A stretch of DNA of 64,000 bases from positions 32,001 through 96,000 of the forward strand of contig CAWISW010000002.1 in the NCBI GenBank assembly GCA_963838925.1, read 5' to 3'. Source of the stretch: an uncultured Nitrososphaerota archaeon (GTDB taxonomy: Archaea; Thermoproteota; Nitrososphaeria; Nitrososphaerales; Gagatemarchaeaceae). This document shows, in pieces, positions 57,587 to 64,000 of the stretch (within the stretch, counting starts at the first letter, position 1; the number at the start of each line of letters is the position of its first letter). A model generated the notes under the pieces. The model had not been told where the DNA came from and ran no database searches. It saw only the letters and a program-made list of their open reading frames with translations. The position numbers and the translations under genes are program-made.

Positions 57587-57681
57587 AGGAGAAGGCGTGA
57601 CCGCTGTCTTCCCCGCAGGAGGAACAACGACATAACGTCAGGAAGGGATTTCAATGACCAGGGCGATCGTGGGGTCTGACG

Positions 57682-57981
57682 ATGGCAAGAAAGCACTTCA
57701 GGCTAGTTGCCAGAGTGAGCAGCTCGAGCCCCAAGCTCATCAAACCCGTCCTTGAGGCGCTAATCCGAAGTGGATCTGTGAAGGAGGAGGGCGGCGAATA
57801 CATCATCCGGGCGGATATGGAGGGCGAGAGCGCAAAGGACCTGAACCGCTCTCTCCTTTCAGCCCTGAGGAGAGCGGAGAAGAAGACTCGGCTGCGCGCA
57901 GAATGGGTCTCGGACGACGGCGATACGCAGCGCTTTTTCGATTACGTCCTGAAGAAGACCATCAAAGCCGCCCCGACGTGA
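57682..57981 (+). CDS. Hypothetical protein
   Basis: 99-aa ORF, SAKDLNRSLLSALRR...RFFDY. Confidence 0.65.
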   Translation: MARKHFRLVARVSSSSPKLIKPVLEALIRSGSVKEEGGEYIIRADMEGESAKDLNRSLLSALRRAEKKTRLRAEWVSDDGDTQRFFDYVLKKTIKAAPT

Positions 57982-58032
57982 GCCGCCTTCCAGTGTGGCG
58001 ACTTCGGCGGACGGAAAAGGCGGGGCGCCCGG

Positions 58033-58503
58033 CTACGAGTGCATGGGCTTGAGCGGAATCAGCCTGAACACGCAAGCTGCCCCTCCCGTCTTGCAGCACT
58101 CCAACTCGTCGAAGTGGAGCTTGGTCCCCAATGCGTCGCGGAACACAGTTTCGAGCAGGCTCTTCTTGAAGGTGCACGGACGTGGGGGGTAGCCAGCCCT
58201 CGTAGCGTCGCAGTCGTAGCAGTCGTACAGCTTGATCGTTTCGGGGTCAGACCTGGTGAACACTATGTTTGCCAGCCGGTTCTCGCTCCAAAATGGCGCC
58301 AGCACCTCCAGAACGGCGCTAGGGCTCCCCTTCTTCTTGGGGAAGAGAGCCTTGGCAACGTCATGGCCGAACACCATCGCCAGTCTCTCGACGGCCGTAC
58401 CCTCGGTCTGGGGACTCAGCAGGTCTAGGTCCTTCGTGGCCTGCATCGCGAACCTAATCGACCGAGCCAAGTCTCTGTCTGGTGTCATCATCGATCGCGC
58501 CAA
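58033..58503 (-). CDS. V4R (4-vinyl reductase) domain protein
   Basis: CYDC...PCTF...ELECC.TGG.AC.F; start uncertain (58548/58503/58491). Confidence 0.75.
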   Translation of the reverse strand: MARSMMTPDRDLARSIRFAMQATKDLDLLSPQTEGTAVERLAMVFGHDVAKALFPKKKGSPSAVLEVLAPFWSENRLANIVFTRSDPETIKLYDCYDCDATRAGYPPRPCTFKKSLLETVFRDALGTKLHFDELECCKTGGAACVFRLIPLKPMHS

Positions 58504-58558
58504 GTTTCCCCTAGTCCTTGCAGGACGATTGTAGGGGCTTGCAGTCATAAGGCGTTCA

Positions 58559-58572
58559 CCTAATCGCTTAGG
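58559..58572. promoter_or_regulatory. CCTAA-N4-TTAGG operator 1
   Basis: CCTAATCGCTTAGG just upstream of minus-strand TTATGA. Confidence 0.6.
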
Positions 58573-58613
58573 CCGCCGACTGGTCCCGGCCGTATCAGCA
58601 CCGCACCAGGCCT

Positions 58614-58633
58614 ATTCTCAGTCGTGAGAATCG
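58614..58633 (+). promoter_or_regulatory. TCA-N4-TGA palindrome 12 nt upstream of TATA
   Basis: ATTCTCA-GTCG-TGAGAAT-CG perfect inverted repeat; TTAAATA at 58644. Confidence 0.65.
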
Positions 58634-58658
58634 CGTCGTCGGATTAAATAGTCGGGGG

Positions 58659-58672
58659 CCTAACCGGTTAGG
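58659..58672. promoter_or_regulatory. CCTAA-N4-TTAGG operator 2
   Basis: Perfect palindrome CCTAACCGGTTAGG between TATA and start codon of regulator. Confidence 0.7.
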
Positions 58673-58679
58673 GAGCAAG

Positions 58680-59369
58680 TTGCTCAGACAAGTTTCGTTG
58701 AAGCTCGAGGCGGAGACACAGGTTCAGGCCCTGGCAAGGAAGCACGAATCCACGATAACAGTGTTGGACTGCAAGGAGCTCAACAAGAAGGAGATGACGT
58801 TCCTGGTGGACATCTCGTCACCCAGCCGGAACGCAGGCGAAGTCATAGCCGACCTGAAAGAGGAGAAGGTCTTCAAGAAGGTCTACGCGGGGGAGACGTC
58901 GGGACGTCCATCCAGGAGCCTGTGCGTGGCCATCCTCGATAGGCCTGGACTGTGCCAAGCAGTCCTGGAAAGCGGGGCATTCTGCCTCAGCTGTCCATAC
59001 AGCAAGTCCGAGGCCGACGGCATGTGGAGGCTGCTCGTGAAGGACTCCGTCCAGCTCAAGACGCTGCTAGCACGTCTGGACGACCTCCACATCAGGGCTT
59101 CAATCGGAGGGGTCTCGGAGGTGAAGAGCGAGGGCCGGCTGACTTCTCGCCAAAAGGAGATCCTAGGCAAGGCGATGATGCTGGGCTACTTTGAATTCCC
59201 GCGCAGGATCAGCCTCACGGAGCTCAGCAAGCACATCGGAATCAAGCCGTCCACACTCTCTCAGGTGCTGAGGGCTGCAGAAGAGAAGGTGATGGCAAAG
59301 TATGCGTCCGAGATGAACGTCAGCAAGATCGCCTATCCTCAAAACCAGCCTTTCACGCTCGGCTCGTAG
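58680..59369 (+). CDS. HTH_10 (Bat-type C-terminal HTH) transcriptional regulator
   Basis: LTSRQKEIL...GYFEFPRRISLTELS..IGIKPSTLSQVLRAAE. Confidence 0.92.
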   Translation: MLRQVSLKLEAETQVQALARKHESTITVLDCKELNKKEMTFLVDISSPSRNAGEVIADLKEEKVFKKVYAGETSGRPSRSLCVAILDRPGLCQAVLESGAFCLSCPYSKSEADGMWRLLVKDSVQLKTLLARLDDLHIRASIGGVSEVKSEGRLTSRQKEILGKAMMLGYFEFPRRISLTELSKHIGIKPSTLSQVLRAAEEKVMAKYASEMNVSKIAYPQNQPFTLGS

Positions 59370-59411
59370 CGAGAACGCCCCTCGCTAGGCGCGTCGCGCT
59401 GGAACAGCGTT

Positions 59412-59425
59412 CCTAACTCGTTAGG
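59412..59425. promoter_or_regulatory. CCTAA-N4-TTAGG operator 3
   Basis: CCTAACTCGTTAGG 9 nt upstream of TTTATC. Confidence 0.65.
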
Positions 59426-59468
59426 TGCAACCGCTTTATCTCGTGGGATGATTATTCACGACCGGAAG

Positions 59469-59756
59469 TTGAGCAACGAGCCTACGGGCAAACCCGGGAA
59501 GACCGGATGGTCGACCACCCAAAGGTGCTCCTGGACAGTTCTGGACAAGGATGGCAATCCTTGCTGCAGGTACGCGCCACTCAGAGAGCAGATCGGGATT
59601 CTTGAGGCCGCCCAATTCACCCTCTTCGACCAGAGCTACGTGTCAAGGGCAATCGCCTATTGGCGCGAGAACTTTCCAGAGGACTACACCTACTCCTGCA
59701 CCCCCGGGAACTGCCCAAGCAAAGTGGCCCGTTTCCTGAGCCTGCTCCCAGGCTAG
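59469..59756 (+). CDS. Small Cys-rich hypothetical protein
   Basis: C, CC and CTPGNCP; TATA about 34 nt upstream of TTG. Confidence 0.65.
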   Translation: MSNEPTGKPGKTGWSTTQRCSWTVLDKDGNPCCRYAPLREQIGILEAAQFTLFDQSYVSRAIAYWRENFPEDYTYSCTPGNCPSKVARFLSLLPG

Positions 59757-59917
59757 ATCGTCTCGAACCTAAAACGCAACATCCCATAGTCTCGGGAAAG
59801 AAGGCCAATTTCTCGCGGTATTCCTAGGGGATTTCTAGGAATGCCTGTTCCACGCGTGTGAGCTAGATTAACGGTCCCCGCCCCTGCACAAGTCAGGAAA
59901 GGGGGTGAAACCGAAAA

Positions 59918-60343
59918 ATGAAAATCAGCAAGCTAGAGGGAATCGCGGCCGCGCCCGCGGTGGTCGTCGCCATCGCTTCGCTCTCCGCCCCTTCATACGC
60001 CGACTCTTCCTCGACGGGGGCAGTCCCCTCGGGCTATCCTTGGATCAGCCTTGCGGGCCAGCCCTGGGTGAACTACACTACGATAGCGCCGCTGCTTACG
60101 GCGACTTTCACAAACCAATCTCCAAGTCAGATGAACGCGACAGCGTACGCAACGCTGCACGACCTCGTCGGGCAGACGGTCGCGATAGATGCAGTCGCCA
60201 TCGTCGGGGCCAACCCCGGACAGAACACGACAGTGGGGTTCTACTTCGCAGTTCCGCTCGACGCCTACACCGTCGACCTGTTCGTCCTGAGCAGCTCAGG
60301 GACGGCGAAATCCGCTGTCACCAACGGCACGAACGTGGCATGA
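59918..60343 (+). CDS. Secreted beta-sandwich hypothetical protein
   Basis: Signal peptide (SYA|D), GGTGA SD, N-glycosylation sequons. Confidence 0.65.
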   Translation: MKISKLEGIAAAPAVVVAIASLSAPSYADSSSTGAVPSGYPWISLAGQPWVNYTTIAPLLTATFTNQSPSQMNATAYATLHDLVGQTVAIDAVAIVGANPGQNTTVGFYFAVPLDAYTVDLFVLSSSGTAKSAVTNGTNVA

Positions 60344-60483
60344 CCGCCGTGAACTCCGAGGGAGCCAGGAAGGAGGAGGACAGAGATTTTGCCCCAAGGG
60401 CGTCTGGTCCCCTCGTCGCCCTCCTTTGCTGCAGGCTAGGACATGGGCGATCATCAATGATGGCGCGGGGCAGGTGAGGGAGT

Positions 60484-60561
60484 TGGCGGGCCCGGTGGGA
60501 TTTGAACCCTCGGCCTAACGCTTAGGAGGCGTTCGCTCTGTCCATACTGAGCTACGGGCCC
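60484..60561 (-). tRNA. tRNA-Arg(CCT), CCA encoded
   Basis: GGGCCCG/CGGGCCC, GCTC/GAGC, AACGC-CTCCTAA-GCGTT, TTCAAAT loop; one A-A mismatch in T-stem. Confidence 0.95.
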
Positions 60562-60616
60562 GAATCCAAGGGCCTCGGCATCACCAATATACTGTTTTGG
60601 TATGCCCAGGCCGACT

Positions 60617-61108
60617 TCACACAAGGTGGAACCTTAGCGTGACGACCTTCAGCGCGCCGTCATAGTAAGCGCCGTCGATCCTCATCGCGCCGATCGAGCC
60701 GGCGCTTTCGACGTGCTTCCGTGGGCAGCAACTCACGTCCCAATCGGCTATCCTCACAATGTTCAGCAGCGCACCGCCCTCCGGCGCGGGAAAGAGGTCG
60801 AAGATACCCTCGCCAAAATGCCCCTCCGCCTCCTGCCTCTCCATGCTGAACTCCAGGAACTCCGCGTCCTCGGCGATCTTGTTGTTCGAGGCGACCTCGA
60901 TCTTGGAGAGCTCCTGCACTGTCGGCGTGGCCTCCGTCCTCACGTTTAGCTGCCCAGGCGGGGACGCGGCGAACCGCCTCTGGCCGAGGACCGTGGTAAC
61001 CGCACCCTTGAGCACATGGACGGCGGAGTGGGCGCGGACGTCCGCCGAGCCCTTCTGGCTAGACGTTGACGACCTTGAGGATGTCTCTGAGGTGGGTCTC
61101 GAGGCCAT
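60617..61108 (-). CDS. AlaX-S-like tRNA editing protein
   Basis: HSAVH (HxxxH) and CPRKH (CxxxH) zinc motifs. Confidence 0.8.
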   Translation of the reverse strand: MASRPTSETSSRSSTSSQKGSADVRAHSAVHVLKGAVTTVLGQRRFAASPPGQLNVRTEATPTVQELSKIEVASNNKIAEDAEFLEFSMERQEAEGHFGEGIFDLFPAPEGGALLNIVRIADWDVSCCPRKHVESAGSIGAMRIDGAYYDGALKVVTLRFHLV

Positions 61109-62312
61109 ACCTTCTCTCGTTTGTCTTCATGTGCCAATACATCGACGCCATGTCGGGTAACTCCCTCAACACGGAGAAGTTGCCGTCCATCTTCGCCTTG
61201 ATGAACCTGTACACCTTGGCGTAGATGTCAAAGTGCTTCAAGACCGCCTTGGAATAAGCCTCCATGTCGTCCATGTGCTCCACGAACATATTGACGCACT
61301 GCATGCTGGGGATTATCCCTTCGCCGAGCAGCGGGTAGACAGTCCCAATGCTCTCTCCGACGCCAACCACCAGTGGCCAGTCCGGCCTTGGGCTCGAACA
61401 GTCGCAGTATCCGTGCCCGTTCATGCCAAGGGGACTTGCGCTCGGCAGGCCCACCCCGCCGTTCGAGGGGGCACCTCTCTCCGCGAATGCCGTCGTCGCG
61501 ACCTGACCGCCCGAAGAGCTCGAAATCATCGCCGCCGCGGCCTGGCCAGATCTCACCTGGTTGGCGATCTTCAGGAACTTCTTGTTGTGAATCGTCTTGT
61601 TGCAGCTCAAGCACTTGGGCTCTGTGTAGAACGGACCCATGTAGGCTGGCGCTAGGATCCTCACTGGCCTTCCGACCCTTCTCACTACCTTCCAGTCGTA
61701 CTTCTTGACCATCTCCTCTATCTCCCCTCTGTACTGAGCCTTGAAGTCCCCCGCTCCGATGTGCCCTCTGCCCTCACCTAGCGGGAAGTACCAGAAGTAA
61801 CCGCTGAGGCTGGGGTAGGGCCTGATGTAAAAGTCGTCCCAGGGGAACTTGCCTTCCACCTCCACCTCGAAGCACGGGATTGCCGCGTCGTGCTCCAGCT
61901 TGCCCAGTATCGACCTGTGGAAGCCCGTCGCGTCGATGACCACGTCGAACCCCTTGAGCTCGCTGAGGCCCTTCGGGTGAGCTCCCCAGTGGATGTTCTT
62001 CCCCTTCTTCATGTCGCCGAACAGCCTCGTCTTGTCGAACGTCACGAGCCCGTTGAGCTTGATGTTGAAGGTGTCATGTCCGTTGCCGGGGTCTACGATC
62101 ATGCTCTTGCCGCGGAAGAGGATGTAGTCCTCGAAGTTGAGCCCCACCTTGCTGACGAGGTCAGAGATGAAGGGCGCGCTCGTCCCCCAAGCGCAGACCG
62201 CCCACCACTTGTCCTTCTCGCGCATCTCGAAGGCCTCGACCTCGTGCTCCGGAGGTATCCTGTTGAGCAAGTAAGACCCCGCTACACCGCAGCCGACAAT
62301 GGCAATGCGCAT
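61059..62312 (-). CDS. Geranylgeranyl-reductase-like FAD oxidoreductase with internal insertion
   Basis: GCGVAG, VCAWG, IDATG, GYFWYFP, VGESIG.V.PLLGEGI. Confidence 0.85.
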   Translation of the reverse strand: MRIAIVGCGVAGSYLLNRIPPEHEVEAFEMREKDKWWAVCAWGTSAPFISDLVSKVGLNFEDYILFRGKSMIVDPGNGHDTFNIKLNGLVTFDKTRLFGDMKKGKNIHWGAHPKGLSELKGFDVVIDATGFHRSILGKLEHDAAIPCFEVEVEGKFPWDDFYIRPYPSLSGYFWYFPLGEGRGHIGAGDFKAQYRGEIEEMVKKYDWKVVRRVGRPVRILAPAYMGPFYTEPKCLSCNKTIHNKKFLKIANQVRSGQAAAAMISSSSGGQVATTAFAERGAPSNGGVGLPSASPLGMNGHGYCDCSSPRPDWPLVVGVGESIGTVYPLLGEGIIPSMQCVNMFVEHMDDMEAYSKAVLKHFDIYAKVYRFIKAKMDGNFSVLRELPDMASMYWHMKTNERRYGLETHLRDILKVVNV

Positions 62313-62468
62313 ACTGCCTCAAGCCGAGCGGGGCGTTACTAAATGTGTTTCGCTTGTCGTTCCGCGCTGCGCCAAAGACACCCGAGACCGAGCGCGAGCT
62401 TGGTCGCGGCCCCGCCAAGCTTTAATATCCACTGAAGCTCGCGGAATTTCAAGAGGGCTCGCAAGGGT

Positions 62469-62840
62469 TTGGCGATCTTTGGAGACATCGGATCCGTTTT
62501 CGCAATGGGCGTCGTAGGGGTCCTCTTCACCTCGATAATGCTCATCGCCTCTAGGCTCCTCGCGCCGAAGAGCCCCAACCCGATCAAGAACGCCACGTTC
62601 GAGGCCGGGCAGGTCCCCCGCGGGAGGGGGAAGATGCACTTCATGATGCAGTACTACGCCTACCTCCTAATGTTCGTCGTCTTCGACGTGATGGCGATGT
62701 TCCTCTTCGCGTGGGCGGTCGCCTACCAGCCCCTCGCCCTCGGGCAGCTCTCCAGCTGGCTGATGGTCGTCTTCGTAGGAGCGCTCCTGATACCCATGGG
62801 CCTCACCGTCCACATGGCGGGGAAGCGAGACATATGGTAG
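62469..62840 (+). CDS. nuoA: NADH-quinone oxidoreductase subunit A
   Basis: FEAG, QYY...FVVFDV...WA. Confidence 0.93.
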   Translation: MAIFGDIGSVFAMGVVGVLFTSIMLIASRLLAPKSPNPIKNATFEAGQVPRGRGKMHFMMQYYAYLLMFVVFDVMAMFLFAWAVAYQPLALGQLSSWLMVVFVGALLIPMGLTVHMAGKRDIW

Positions 62841-63364
62841 AGGCAGCCCAGGTCCCGAAGACCGGGGAGGTAAACGTCCTCGTGGGCAAGGTAAACGAGA
62901 TCCTGCAGGACGCGATCGGCGCCCCGCTCCGCTACGTCGCCAACTGGGGCCGGCTCTATAGCCTCTGGCCCGTCCATCTGGAAACGGCGTGCTGCAGCGT
63001 CGAAGTCGGGGCCGCCTCCGGTTCCAGGTTCGACGCTGAGCGCTTCGGGGTCCTGGAGGCTTTCGGCTCCCTGAGGCAGTGCGACCTCATCATAGTGATG
63101 GGCACGGTTACGCGGAAGCTCGCGCCCAGGCTTAAGCTCATCTACGACCAGATGCCAGAACCGAAGTGGGTGATCGCGATGGGCGCGTGCAGTATCACCG
63201 GCGGCCTCTACTTCGACTCTTACAACGTCCTGAGGGGGATAGACGACATCATCCCCGTCGACGTCTACGTCCCGGGGTGCCCCCCGCGGGCGGAGTCTCT
63301 CATCCAGGGCGTCGCCCTCCTCCAGGACAAGATCAGGCACTCCACGAGCCTGCGCGGGACGTAG
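62834..63364 (+). CDS. nuoB: NADH-quinone oxidoreductase subunit B
   Basis: TACCSVE, QMPEPKWVIAMGAC, PGCPPR. Confidence 0.96.
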   Translation: MVEAAQVPKTGEVNVLVGKVNEILQDAIGAPLRYVANWGRLYSLWPVHLETACCSVEVGAASGSRFDAERFGVLEAFGSLRQCDLIIVMGTVTRKLAPRLKLIYDQMPEPKWVIAMGACSITGGLYFDSYNVLRGIDDIIPVDVYVPGCPPRAESLIQGVALLQDKIRHSTSLRGT

Positions 63365-63403
63365 GCGCGTCGACACTCCGTGACAATAGGATAGGAACGC
63401 AAG

Positions 63404-63988
63404 ATGCAACCCGCCAATCCGGCCGACAAGGAAGCGAAGGGCCCCGTCCCAGCAAGTCCTCCGGTGACCAACGCGGGCCCTTCCGTCTCCACGATGGGCC
63501 CGATGCCCCCTGCGCCCGACACGTCCCGCACGAAGGCCCTCGCGGACAGGATGGTCGAGAGGTTCCCCTCGACGAAGGTGGACTACGTCAGGGAGAGGAG
63601 GGTCAAGGTCACCTCCACCCCCGAGCAGATAAAGTCGGTCGCCCTGTTCGTCAGGGACGTCCTCGGCTTCGACCACCTCAACGTGGTGGCCGGCACCGAC
63701 TACATGCAGCTGGGCGAGTTCGAGGTCATCTACTTCGTGGGGTCGCTCTCCAAGCCTGGACAGCAGGACCTCGTCATCCAGCTCGCCGAGCGCGTGAAGA
63801 GGGAGGACTCCCCGAAGGTCCCCTCCCTGGTGGAGGTGTGGACGGCAGCTGAATACCACGAGAGGGAGACGTTCGAGATGCTCGGGATTGTCTTCGAGGG
63901 TCACCCCGACCTGAGGCGCCTGCTGCTCCCAGAGGACTGGAACGACATCCCGCCTCTCAGGAAGGACTACACCTCTCCGGGGAGATAA
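63404..63988 (+). CDS. nuoC: NADH-quinone oxidoreductase subunit C
   Basis: HERE.FEMLGI.FEGHPDLRR.L.P, PLRKDY; next ATG at 63994 (likely nuoD). Confidence 0.95.
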   Translation: MQPANPADKEAKGPVPASPPVTNAGPSVSTMGPMPPAPDTSRTKALADRMVERFPSTKVDYVRERRVKVTSTPEQIKSVALFVRDVLGFDHLNVVAGTDYMQLGEFEVIYFVGSLSKPGQQDLVIQLAERVKREDSPKVPSLVEVWTAAEYHERETFEMLGIVFEGHPDLRRLLLPEDWNDIPPLRKDYTSPGR

Positions 63989-64000
63989 GAGGAATGTCCA

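Noticed and set aside
60340-60477. RLGH..MM resembling tyrosine integrase box II near tRNA-Arg
   Set aside because: No catalytic Tyr or HxxR motif; similarity is too weak.
60514-60526. CCTAACGCTTAGG as a fourth operator
   Set aside because: It lies inside the tRNA-Arg anticodon and variable region, and its spacer is one base short.
61377-61626. Intein in the GGR-like gene (CLS start)
   Set aside because: Too short, no terminal HN-C/S/T, no block B motif.
1-64000. CRISPR arrays, rRNA, IS transposases, integrases
   Set aside because: No regularly spaced repeats or recognisable motifs were seen by eye.

Overview
GC-rich archaeal chromosome segment. It encodes a thermosome, BHB-intron tRNA, TATA/BRE promoters, many TTG/GTG starts, long-form HMG-CoA synthase and type 1 IDI, which best fit a Nitrososphaerota/Thaumarchaeota-like lineage (inference). 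It holds about 65 protein genes, mostly housekeeping or metabolic (ppk2, trxA, ths, idi, polX, pyrC-pyrD, ADP-forming acetate-CoA ligase, nuoABC), and two tRNA genes (Leu-TAA with two introns; Arg-CCT). The most striking structure is at 23312-24378 on the minus strand. An orphan tRNA-Leu 5' half is followed by a two-motif LAGLIDADG endonuclease gene with one in-frame TAA, and then by a complete tRNA-Leu with a recoded D-stem and a non-canonical BHB intron. This reads as a homing element that splits a tRNA gene and repairs it with its own 5' half and promoter. Other highlights: an arcA + AllFGH-like + carbamate kinase cluster with no ornithine carbamoyltransferase in the window; a palindrome placed 12 nt upstream of six TATA-like boxes; a V4R / HTH_10 / Cys-rich three-gene module with three operators; a cupredoxin cluster with class III signal peptides; and a GGR-like flavoprotein with a Cys-bracketed insertion. 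Start codons were often moved relative to the ORF track using TATA spacing, SD motifs and overlaps. All family calls come from motif recognition by eye, not database searches.
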